Below, one piece after another: positions 1 through 8,611 of a stretch of 64,000 nt of DNA. How positions within the stretch are numbered: position 1 is the stretch's first letter; each line of letters opens with the position of its first letter. Below the pieces are notes generated by a model that was not told where the DNA came from, searched no databases, and saw only the letters and a program-made list of their open reading frames with translations. The DNA is from Nitrospirota bacterium (lineage in GTDB: Bacteria > Nitrospirota > UBA9217): NCBI GenBank assembly GCA_963840455.1, contig CAWIYV010000011.1, positions 320,001-384,000 on the forward strand, read 5' to 3'. The translations under genes were made by a program, and so were the position numbers.

Positions 1-36
1 CAGCTCCCTCTTGCACCGTTCACTGCCCTCTTTCGC

Positions 37-1359
37 CTACCCGCCTTCCCGCAGCTCCTTCAGCTTCCGGTAGAGGGTCGCGCGGGAGACCTCGAGCGCA
101 TCGGCGACCTTCTTCATGTCGCCGCCCGATTCGCTGATGAGGGTCTGGAGATATTCCTTCTCGAGGTCCTTCAGGCCCTTCGGCCGCTTCTGGCCGCCGG
201 ACTCGCCGGCGCCGATCCCCGGGAAGTGCTCCAGTGCCAGCGCTCCGCCGCGGGCGAGCAGCACGGCCCGCTCCATCACGTTTTTTAGCTCGCGTACGTT
301 CCCGGGCCATGCATAGGACCGCAGCAGGTCCATCACCTCGGCAGGGACCTGTTCTGCCGTGTATCCCGAACGCGACAGGAAGTGTTCAACGAGCTCGGCG
401 ATATCTGCGGGCCGCTCACGGAGCGGCAGCAGAAGGATCGGGAACAGGTTGATGCGGAAGAAAAGGTCGTTCCGGAACCGCCCCTTCTTCACCTCGTCGG
501 CAAGATCGCGGTTCGTGGCGCATATGAGACGGAAATCGCTCTGCCGGCTGTGGGTCTCGCCAAGCCGCCGGTAGGTCTTCTCCTCGATGACCTTGAGGAG
601 CTGGGCCTGCACCGGCAGGTCCATGTCGCCGATCTCATCGAGGAACAGGGTCCCTCCGTCGGCGACCTCGATCAGGCCCTGTTTATTCTGGTGCGCTGAC
701 GTGAAGGCCCCTTTGGTGTGGCCGAAGAGTTCGCTGGCAAGAAGGTCGCCCTGCAGCGTGGAACAGTTGAGATCGAGCAGCGGCCCTGTCTTCCGTGTGC
801 TGTGCCCGTGGATCCAGCGCGCGCAGACGCCTTTGCCGGTCCCGGTCTCGCCCTGCAGGATCACGGGAGAGTCATTCTCCGCCATGAGGGCCAGGGCCTC
901 CCTGACCTTGGCCATGGCGGGGCTCCGGCCGAAGCAGGGCTCTTCGTCCTGCTTTTTCAGACGCTGCGTCAGCCGGTCGGACCGTCGGAGCGCAGAGAGC
1001 TCAAGGCTCTTGCGCAGGAACACATGGAGCCCGTCCATGTCCACGGGCTTCACCAGGAAGTTGTCTGCTCCGAGCCGCATGGCCTCCACGGCCGTGGGAA
1101 CGTCGCCCTGGCCGGTGATGACGATGATGGCGATCTCGGGCTGCTCCTCGCGGAGCGACCGGATCCACTCGAGGCCGTTCCCGTCGGGGAGGTTCAGGTC
1201 CAGAAGGATCGCGTCGAACCGGCGGGACATCACCGACCTGCGCGCCTCGGCCAGCGTTCCGGCCTCGGCGGTCTCATACCCGGCCTTCGCGAAGTACCGG
1301 GCATAGCCGAACAGCACTGCCGGTTCGTCATCCACCATCAGGAGGGTCTTTGCAGTCAT
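37..1359 (-). CDS. Sigma54-dependent NtrC-family response regulator (REC-AAA+-HTH)
   Basis: REC domain (LLMVDDE, DLNLPDG), Walker A GETGTGK, GAFTSA variant of GAFTGA, LFLDEIG, WPGNVRELKN, C-terminal Fis HTH. ATG at 1359 with GAGGAG RBS overlaps the kinase stop. Confidence 0.95.
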   Translation of the reverse strand: MTAKTLLMVDDEPAVLFGYARYFAKAGYETAEAGTLAEARRSVMSRRFDAILLDLNLPDGNGLEWIRSLREEQPEIAIIVITGQGDVPTAVEAMRLGADNFLVKPVDMDGLHVFLRKSLELSALRRSDRLTQRLKKQDEEPCFGRSPAMAKVREALALMAENDSPVILQGETGTGKGVCARWIHGHSTRKTGPLLDLNCSTLQGDLLASELFGHTKGAFTSAHQNKQGLIEVADGGTLFLDEIGDMDLPVQAQLLKVIEEKTYRRLGETHSRQSDFRLICATNRDLADEVKKGRFRNDLFFRINLFPILLLPLRERPADIAELVEHFLSRSGYTAEQVPAEVMDLLRSYAWPGNVRELKNVMERAVLLARGGALALEHFPGIGAGESGGQKRPKGLKDLEKEYLQTLISESGGDMKKVADALEVSRATLYRKLKELREGG

Positions 1360-4300
1360 CGTATCTCCTCCGGGACCGGCAGCACAACTGAGACCGTGCA
1401 CCCCGGCTGCGGGTCGTTGTTGGCGAGGCTGATGGTCCCGCCGTGCTTCTCGATGATGTGCTTCACGATGCTGAGGCCCAGGCCGGTGCCGCCCCGGCGC
1501 GTGGTGAAAAAGGCGTCGAAGACGCGCGGCAGGATGTCCGCCGCTATGCCGGCGCCCTGGTCAACCACGCGCACCTCGGCCTTCCCGCCTGCGGGCGGCG
1601 GCACTTCGATGCGGACCGGCGAGCCTTCGGGGCTGTGCTGTGCAGCGTTATCCAGCAGGTTGATGAACACCTGCTGGAGCTTCTTGGCATCGGCAAGGAT
1701 GTAGGTCCCTTCCGCGGGCCCGGCCAGGGATGCCACGACCTCCCGGCCCCTCCCGTGCTTCGACTGCTTCCAGGCGTCCACCGAGATCGCCACGATCTCC
1801 GTCAGGGGCTCTGTGCGCAGCTTCGACTGCTCCACGGGCTTGCCGAGCTCCAGAAGGTCGTTCATGAGCGTCGTCAGCCGGTCCACCTGCGTCCGCATGT
1901 GCATCATGAAGGTCTTGTACTCGGGGTTGTCCCCCACCTCCTGGTCCAGCGCGTCAGTGAGCGCCATGATGGCGTTCAGCGGGTTCCGGACCTCGTGGGC
2001 CACACCGCCTGCCAGGCTCCCGATGACCTCCATCTTCTGGGCCTCCCGGAGCCTCGCTTCCAGCTTCGTCCTCTCCTCCTCGGCCTGCTTGCGTTCGGTG
2101 ATGTCCCGCACCACGTGGATCAGGCCCACCATCTTCCCTCCCGGCTCAACGCGAGGGATGGCGCGGATCTCGAGGTGCCTGCCGAGATGGGGTTCATACA
2201 GTTCGTGGACGCTCGGCTCCCCGGAGAACAGGCTCCGGCAGCTCGGGCAGTTCGCAGGCGGACCGTCGGTGCCGTGGTACAGCCGGTAGCATTTCACCTT
2301 CCCCATCTCGAGCCAGGGGAGGCCGAGGATCTGGGCAGCGGACTTGTTCGACCGGATAATGTTGAAGTTTTCGTCGTGGATCGTGATCATATCGGTGATG
2401 GTGTCGAAGGTGTTCTCCCAGTCCTGCTTCCCCTGCGAGATGGCGTTCTCGATCTTCCTGCGTTCGGTGATGTCCTGCACCATGGACAGCGCGCCGGTGA
2501 CCGTACCATCGGCGGATTGGAGCGGCGTATTGTACCAGCTGCAGAAGATCTTCCTGCCGTCACGGGTCACGTTCTCGTTCTCGCTGTGCGCGGTCGTGTC
2601 CCCCGTAAGGAGACGCTTCCACACACCCGCCACATGGTCGCGGGCCTCCGGCGGCACGATCAATTCATCGGCGTGTTTGCCGATTGCCTCGTGCGCAGAA
2701 TAACCGAAGATCGTCTCCGCCGCGGGGTTCCAGAGCTCGACACTGAAATCCGGGTTCCAGAAGATGAATCCCAGCGGCATCCGGTCAATGAGGAGCTGGA
2801 GCCGCTCGCGGCTCCGGCGCACCTCCTCCTCCGTCCGTTTCCGCTCGGTGATGTCCGTGATGATGCCCCGCAGACCTGCGGGTTTGCCGTTCCGGGTGAC
2901 CAGGGACGACGTAATGATGATGGGGAACCGGCTTCCGTCCTTGCATATCGCCTGGTACTCGTTCGAGCCGGTCTGTTCGCCCCGGAAGATCCGCTGGATG
3001 ACGTCGAGTGCCCGCTCACGGTCGTCAGGCGCGATCATATGCAGGGCGTGCAGGCCGCCAGCCAGGTCTTCGTGGCCGTAGCCGAACCGCTCGAAGCCGC
3101 TGCGGTTCACGAACGTCAGGACCCCGTGCACGTTCGCCTCGAAGACCGGCTGGGGAAGGAGGTCGGCCAGCTCGCGGAACCGTACCTCGCTTTCCCGAAG
3201 CTGGTTCATCCACTGGGCCTGCTGTTCATCGGCGTGTTTACGCTGGGATACGTCGCGAAAAATCCCCATGACGAATTTCCGGCCGCCGCTCTCGAAGACA
3301 TTCGAGCTGATATCTACCCAGACGCGCTTCCCGTCCTTCCGGCAAACAACGCTGTCCGTGGACATCTCTGTCCGCTGCTGCTCGCTCACCTCGTTGAACC
3401 GGCGGCGATACTCCGCTTCCTGTTCGGGCGGGTGAAGCCTGGTCTGGTGCATGCCGATGATCTCGTCCCGGGTCGCGCCCAAGAGCTCGCAGGCCTTCAC
3501 ATTGCAGTCCGTCAGAATGCCGGTCCCTCCGTCGGTGACGAAGATGGCGTCGCTGGCGCTCTCGAAGAGACCGCGGTATTTTTGCTCCGATTCCTGCAAG
3601 GCCTCGATCATGTTCCGCCGGTCCGTGATGTCCTCGGACACGCTGACCAGTCCGAGCGGCTCACCCCGCATGTCGCGCACCGGCACGGAGCTGATGGTCA
3701 CCGGGAACAGCGTGCCGTCGCGCCGGACATTCACTGCCTCCCGCGTGAAAGGGCTGCTCCCGATGAGGTTCCGGGCCATAAGCTCCCGGAGGTTCGGCCC
3801 GCTCCGCTGCATCGGCGGCGCGAGCAGGCGCGCGTCCCTGCCGAGCAGTTCGTCCACGGTGTAGCCGTGCATCTTCGCCTCGGCGGCGTTCATGAAGATG
3901 ACCTTGCCGTCCAGGTCGGCAATGGTGATCCCGAGCGGAAGGGACTGCACGGCGGTCCGGAAGAGCCGGAGCCCGTCCTCCATCCGCCTGCGGCTGCCGA
4001 TCTCCTCTATGACCACGGCAAAATGCCGGATACTGCCCGCGGCATGCCGCACCGGAGAAATCGTCAGGCTGATCCAGACAGGAAAACCGTCCTGTCGGAC
4101 CGCCCGGATCTCGAGGGACCTGGCCAGGGCGCCGCCCATGAGGACCTGCTGCAAGCTGGTCTGAACATCCGCGATGTCCTCGGGATGGGTGATGTCCAGG
4201 AGGGACCTTGCGAGCAGCTCCTTCCTGCTGTAACCGACGATCTCGTAGAGCGTCTCGTTGGCCCGGATCCAGCGGCCGGCGGGGGAGAGGTGTCCGACCC

Positions 4301-4481
4301 CGAGCGTAATAAGGTCGAAGGTCTCGTGGAACAGGGCCTCGAGGTCCCGCGGGGAAACGATCCGCTTTGGCCTCGATGCGGACGCTGGTTTTCTCGCGTC
4401 GACCTTTCGCTTCGACGGGGACGGCGATGCGGTCGTGCCACGCTTCCCCGTTGATGGCTTCTTCTTTTGTTTATCTTTCAT
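1356..4481 (-). CDS. Multi-PAS sensor histidine kinase
   Basis: Repeated PAS/PAC units (DITERK linkers), H-box AHEVRNPL, N-box NLLDNA, G boxes DQGAG and GTGLGL. Start codon uncertain (MKDKQ used). Confidence 0.93.
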   Translation of the reverse strand: MKDKQKKKPSTGKRGTTASPSPSKRKVDARKPASASRPKRIVSPRDLEALFHETFDLITLGVGHLSPAGRWIRANETLYEIVGYSRKELLARSLLDITHPEDIADVQTSLQQVLMGGALARSLEIRAVRQDGFPVWISLTISPVRHAAGSIRHFAVVIEEIGSRRRMEDGLRLFRTAVQSLPLGITIADLDGKVIFMNAAEAKMHGYTVDELLGRDARLLAPPMQRSGPNLRELMARNLIGSSPFTREAVNVRRDGTLFPVTISSVPVRDMRGEPLGLVSVSEDITDRRNMIEALQESEQKYRGLFESASDAIFVTDGGTGILTDCNVKACELLGATRDEIIGMHQTRLHPPEQEAEYRRRFNEVSEQQRTEMSTDSVVCRKDGKRVWVDISSNVFESGGRKFVMGIFRDVSQRKHADEQQAQWMNQLRESEVRFRELADLLPQPVFEANVHGVLTFVNRSGFERFGYGHEDLAGGLHALHMIAPDDRERALDVIQRIFRGEQTGSNEYQAICKDGSRFPIIITSSLVTRNGKPAGLRGIITDITERKRTEEEVRRSRERLQLLIDRMPLGFIFWNPDFSVELWNPAAETIFGYSAHEAIGKHADELIVPPEARDHVAGVWKRLLTGDTTAHSENENVTRDGRKIFCSWYNTPLQSADGTVTGALSMVQDITERRKIENAISQGKQDWENTFDTITDMITIHDENFNIIRSNKSAAQILGLPWLEMGKVKCYRLYHGTDGPPANCPSCRSLFSGEPSVHELYEPHLGRHLEIRAIPRVEPGGKMVGLIHVVRDITERKQAEEERTKLEARLREAQKMEVIGSLAGGVAHEVRNPLNAIMALTDALDQEVGDNPEYKTFMMHMRTQVDRLTTLMNDLLELGKPVEQSKLRTEPLTEIVAISVDAWKQSKHGRGREVVASLAGPAEGTYILADAKKLQQVFINLLDNAAQHSPEGSPVRIEVPPPAGGKAEVRVVDQGAGIAADILPRVFDAFFTTRRGGTGLGLSIVKHIIEKHGGTISLANNDPQPGCTVSVVLPVPEEIR

Positions 4482-4616
4482 AGATCGAGAAAAAGACGAA
4501 AGGCAATTGGACACTGATAAGCGCGGTTTGGTCAGGTCAAGATTACAAGGATGCAGGGAATGCGCCTGCACCAGGACCTATCCGCCTTGATCCGATGCCC
4601 TTTATTTCTGTTAACC

Positions 4617-5858
4617 TTATAGGAACTCCTCGAAATAATCCAGGTCCTTGTGGAACGTTTCCTCCAGCGACGCCAGCGCGACGAACGCGGCGATCGTGCA
4701 GATGGTCCCGACAGTCAGGGCGCTTCCTTCGAGGCCGAGGTCCGGCTTGAAATACTGGAACAGCAGGGTGATGGGCACGACCATGCCGCGCACGAAGTTG
4801 GGCACTGTGGTAGCGACGGTGGCGCGCAGGTTCGTGCCGAACTGTTCGGCGGCAACCGTCACGAAGATGGCCCAGTAGCCGACGCTGAAGCCGAGCGCGC
4901 AGCACACGCCGTAGAAGAATTCCGGGCTGCGGCTGCCCTGCAGGAAGTAGCAGGCCACTGCCCCGATGGTCAGGAGCATGTAGAGGAAGACCACCTTCTT
5001 CCTGCTCCTCAGCACCTGGCTCAGCAGGCCGCTCGACAGGTCGCCGAAGATGAGACCGAGATAGCAGTACATCACCGCGTTCCCTGCCGAGACCGGCCCG
5101 GTCGTGCCGAAGGACTTCGCGAACTCCGGCGAGAAGGTGATCAGGATTCCGACGACGAACCAGATCGGGACGCCGATCAGGATCGAGTTGAGATAGCGGA
5201 AGAAGCGCTTCCGGTCCGTGAAGAGCGCCAGCATCATGCCCCTGCCCACAGCTGTCTTTTCTTCCATGGCGCGGAACATGCCTGATTCTGCCACGCGCAG
5301 TCGCGTGATAAGCAGGAGCAGTCCGAGGATGCCGCCGATGATGAAGGCGACCCGCCAGTCATAGGCCTTGGCGATCATGTTCGCCAGGATGGCGCCGGAC
5401 ACGCCCACGGACGCCACGAGCATGGTGCCGTAGCCCCGAACGCTCTTGTGCAGCACCTCGGACACGAGCGTGATCCCCGCGCCCAGCTCCCCGGCAAGGC
5501 CGATGCCGGCGATGAAACGCAGGGCGTAGTAGGCTTGGATCGACGAGATCATCCCGTTCGCCATGTTCGCGACGGAGTACAGGAAGATCGAGCCGAACAT
5601 GATCTTGAGCCTGCCCTTCCGATCGCCCAGGATGCCCCAGATGATCCCGCCGACCAGCATGCCCGCCATCTGCATGTTCAGGAGGTCAACTCCGTAGTCG
5701 GTCAGTTCCTTGCCCGAAATACCGAGCGACTTGAGGCTCGGCACCCGCACGATGCTGAAGAGCACCAGGTCGTAGATGTCGACGAAGTAGCCGAGCGCGG
5801 CGACGATGACCGGCAGGCTGAAGACGCGGCGGAAGGTGCTGGCGGGACTGTGGTCCAC
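4617..5858 (-). CDS. MFS transporter
   Basis: About 12 hydrophobic helices, motif-A-like GILGDRKGR, GYFVDIYD N-terminus. Confidence 0.9.
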   Translation of the reverse strand: MDHSPASTFRRVFSLPVIVAALGYFVDIYDLVLFSIVRVPSLKSLGISGKELTDYGVDLLNMQMAGMLVGGIIWGILGDRKGRLKIMFGSIFLYSVANMANGMISSIQAYYALRFIAGIGLAGELGAGITLVSEVLHKSVRGYGTMLVASVGVSGAILANMIAKAYDWRVAFIIGGILGLLLLITRLRVAESGMFRAMEEKTAVGRGMMLALFTDRKRFFRYLNSILIGVPIWFVVGILITFSPEFAKSFGTTGPVSAGNAVMYCYLGLIFGDLSSGLLSQVLRSRKKVVFLYMLLTIGAVACYFLQGSRSPEFFYGVCCALGFSVGYWAIFVTVAAEQFGTNLRATVATTVPNFVRGMVVPITLLFQYFKPDLGLEGSALTVGTICTIAAFVALASLEETFHKDLDYFEEFL

Positions 5859-5995
5859 AAAATCTCCTAGGGATAGTCAACTTGCGGCAGGTTTTCGATA
5901 ACTACAGATCCAAGTCTGATCCCCTACAATCTGGCTCCTTTTGGTTCTTTCCAATGCTTATTGTCTCTTTGGTCAGACTTGTTTCTCTTCCCCCT

Positions 5996-6325
5996 TTACT
6001 CCATTGAGTTCAGCAGCTTGTAATACTCCATGAGCGTTCGATAGGATTCCATCGATGCCTGGTACAATATCCAGCTCAGCGCAAGAATCACGATCGTGAG
6101 CCCGATCTTCCATTCCCGCGACGTATTCGGTCGCCACCAGATCAGCGGCAACGCCAGCGGTCCCACACAAAGGACCGCGATGATGATAGAGGACTTCCGG
6201 AAATACCATTTGATGGCGTTTTCCTTCTGCCGCGGGCGGGAGGATGCATCGAGAAACTCGCCGCAGTGCTTGCACTTTATTGCCGCTTCCTGGATCTCTT
6301 CGGCGCAATAAGGACACTTCTTCAT
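5996..6325 (-). CDS. Zinc-ribbon membrane protein
   Basis: CPYCAEEI...CKHCGE zinc ribbon followed by two TM segments. Confidence 0.8.
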   Translation of the reverse strand: MKKCPYCAEEIQEAAIKCKHCGEFLDASSRPRQKENAIKWYFRKSSIIIAVLCVGPLALPLIWWRPNTSREWKIGLTIVILALSWILYQASMESYRTLMEYYKLLNSME

Positions 6326-6385
6326 GATTATTCCTTCGACCATCGTTGGAGACGTTATTTGTCACAATGAACTGTTGGGCGGTAT

Positions 6386-6434
6386 TGAAGCTCCCCGCAG
6401 CAGGCTGCGGGAAATGCGCCCGTTCCTGGGTTCA
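6386..6434. repeat. Hairpin repeat family C (short copy; IS200/IS605-like MITE remnant)
   Basis: CCCGCAGCAGGCTGCGGG hairpin then AATGCGCCCGTTCCTGGGTTCA; matches 28181-28223 and the reverse complement of 17752-17790. Confidence 0.6.
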
Positions 6435-6444
6435 CCCCCGCATT

Positions 6445-7059
6445 TCAATCGAGTGCGAACGTTCCGGTCCTGAGACTCCCGCCGCGACGGTAGACGCTGA
6501 CAACAACCCCCTTGCTGGTGGTGTTCGATCTCACGAGCGTCAGGGTGGCCGGCATTGCGCCGGCGCCGAAGAGCCGCTTACCGGTCCCAAGGACCACCGG
6601 AAAGGTCAAGAGCCGGTATTCATCGATGAGGTCTTTCTCGATCAGCGTTTGGGCAAGGCCGCAGCTACCGTGAACCTGCACCTCACGTGAAAAGCGCTGC
6701 TTGAGGTCGATCACGTCTTTCACGACATCTCGAACATGTGCGGCTCCACTCCAGCTGAACGTGGTCCGTGTGCGCGAAGCCACGAACTTCGGAAGCGAAT
6801 TCAGTTTGCTGGCAATAAGATCGCCGGGGTCAGTGATCCGTGGCCAATAGGCCGAGAATATGTCGTAGGTCGTCCGCCCCAGAAGGAAGGCGTCAGCCTT
6901 CGAGAAGATCTCGACCATGGTCTTCCCCATATCGGCGTCGGCATGGGGCACGAGCCAGCCGCCATGAGGAAAGTTCCCGCTCCGGTCCTCGCCCGGACCG
7001 CCGGGTGCCTGCATGACCCCATCAACTGTCAGGAAGGTCGTCAAAGTCAGCCCAGCCAT
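6445..7059 (-). CDS. Dihydrofolate reductase/RibD C-terminal family protein
   Basis: TVDGVMQAPGG, LLGRTTY, GS..LAQTL, PVVLGTGKRLF motifs. Confidence 0.9.
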   Translation of the reverse strand: MAGLTLTTFLTVDGVMQAPGGPGEDRSGNFPHGGWLVPHADADMGKTMVEIFSKADAFLLGRTTYDIFSAYWPRITDPGDLIASKLNSLPKFVASRTRTTFSWSGAAHVRDVVKDVIDLKQRFSREVQVHGSCGLAQTLIEKDLIDEYRLLTFPVVLGTGKRLFGAGAMPATLTLVRSNTTSKGVVVSVYRRGGSLRTGTFALD

Positions 7060-7184
7060 GAGATCCTCCGATCCTGGGACCGCCTGGGGTCAGAAATGGG
7101 TATCTAAGATTTGATCAGTTGTCCTCTTGCTTTCGTGGCTTCATCTGTTCATTTCATCTGATCCTTGCCGCTCCGCCCTTTTCG

Positions 7185-7589
7185 TCAGATGAACGACACT
7201 TGCTTCGTCGCCGCGGAGACCACGAAACTGCGGTCGTTGTTCGATTTGGGATCGGCGGGAAAAACGAAGAATCCCGGCCTGTCGGGCTGGTAGCCCTGGG
7301 TCGTCCCGATCAGGGTCTCGTTGTCCTTGAAGACCACCTTGATCTTCCGGCCGCCCAGGTTCCTCGTCGGGTCGAACTCCTTTTTTTCGTTGTATTTGGG
7401 GTCGCCTTCGAAGTCCTTCACGAAGAACAGGGCCTTGCAGTCCTTGATATTGACCCTCAAAGGCGGCGATCCCGGCTGCGCATCGCCCGGTGTGAGGTGA
7501 AGCACATCCTTGTTCGGCATGAAATCGGCGGTAAAGCCCTTCATGACGTTCCCGTTTTGGAAGCGCACGACGATCTTATTCTGGACCAT
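7185..7589 (-). CDS. Conserved hypothetical protein (duplicated small beta domain)
   Basis: Good RBS (GAGGAGG); internal repeat KIVVRF..G / KIKVVF.D.E; KALFFVKDFEG motif. Confidence 0.75.
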   Translation of the reverse strand: MVQNKIVVRFQNGNVMKGFTADFMPNKDVLHLTPGDAQPGSPPLRVNIKDCKALFFVKDFEGDPKYNEKKEFDPTRNLGGRKIKVVFKDNETLIGTTQGYQPDRPGFFVFPADPKSNNDRSFVVSAATKQVSFI

Positions 7590-7663
7590 GGTTCCCTCCT
7601 CATGCCCCGGTCAGAGCCTATAAGATTTTATGAGGCATGATCAATGTACAGCTGTCCACGCGA

Positions 7664-8344
7664 TCAGCGCCTATATTTTTCAGCTGCCGCCTCGATTGCC
7701 GATCTGACGCTTGGAGTGATGTTCGTGAACTTGATCCCATACAGAAAAGCATTGGATGTGGCTTCCTTCTGCTCAACCCGTGTGATCTCGCCGTATCCGG
7801 TGACGTGCGTTCCGCTGGGAAGAAAGAACGAGAAAAATATCCCGTCGCCTATAGAGAGAGGCTCCTCCGCTTTGATGAGCATCCCGCTGACGCTGATATT
7901 TTCCGTCCAGAACTGGAGCGGCGTATTCTTGAACTTGCCTTCAATGCCGATAGCGAGCGCGGCCCGGTAGTTCATCCTCGGCGCGATATTGAGAAACCGC
8001 TGCACCTTCAGGTGAAGGAGGGCAGGCTCGATTGGCAGGGTAACGACGGCATTGGGACTGCACAGTTTGCAGTGTTCCCGGTTGGCGAGGGTGTCCTCGC
8101 AGCAGATGATCGTGGACAGACCCTTCAGTTCATCGCTTTTCCTGATGATCCTGAAGAATTCCTCGCTCTTGAGGCCGGGCAGGTCAAGCTGCGTGAAGAT
8201 GAGATCGATCTTTTCCTCTCTGCAGATCTTCAGCATCTCGTCGTTCGTGGCCGCGGCGAGGACCACGATCTCCGCGCGGTCGAACAGGCTGCCCTTCTCC
8301 CGGAACAGGTCTTTCAGGCCTTTTGCGATCAGCACTTTTTTCAT
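7664..8344 (-). CDS. Pseudo-receiver + PilZ domain protein
   Basis: Receiver-like N-terminus lacking the phospho-Asp; PilZ motifs RMNYR and NISVSG. Paralog of 26832-27524. Confidence 0.8.
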   Translation of the reverse strand: MKKVLIAKGLKDLFREKGSLFDRAEIVVLAAATNDEMLKICREEKIDLIFTQLDLPGLKSEEFFRIIRKSDELKGLSTIICCEDTLANREHCKLCSPNAVVTLPIEPALLHLKVQRFLNIAPRMNYRAALAIGIEGKFKNTPLQFWTENISVSGMLIKAEEPLSIGDGIFFSFFLPSGTHVTGYGEITRVEQKEATSNAFLYGIKFTNITPSVRSAIEAAAEKYRR

Positions 8345-8482
8345 CGTCCGTTCCGCTCCTCTCAACTGACCGCTGCTAGGCCCTTTCATGACGGTAAAAT
8401 GTAGGATGGGCCCATGACACGCGGCTTCACGGGTCCCCTTCGAGGCGATCCCGTTCATTCGTATTAGCACTCACTGCGAACA

Positions 8483-8557
8483 TGCACCCTGAAGGGTGCA
8501 GCTGCCTTGAAACAGATCAAGAGAATAGCCTCTGGTAGCCGCAGGCTTGAGCCTGCG
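8483..8557. repeat. GTAG-type REP doublet
   Basis: TGCACCCTGAAGGGTGCAGCTGC (8483-8505) and GTAGCCGCAGGCTTGAGCCTGCG (8535-8557) palindromes. Confidence 0.55.
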
Positions 8558-8611
8558 AATAGGCGTTCATGAACTGCCCTCTGAGTCCCCTGTGGCAGAA
8601 TTGTGCTCTCG

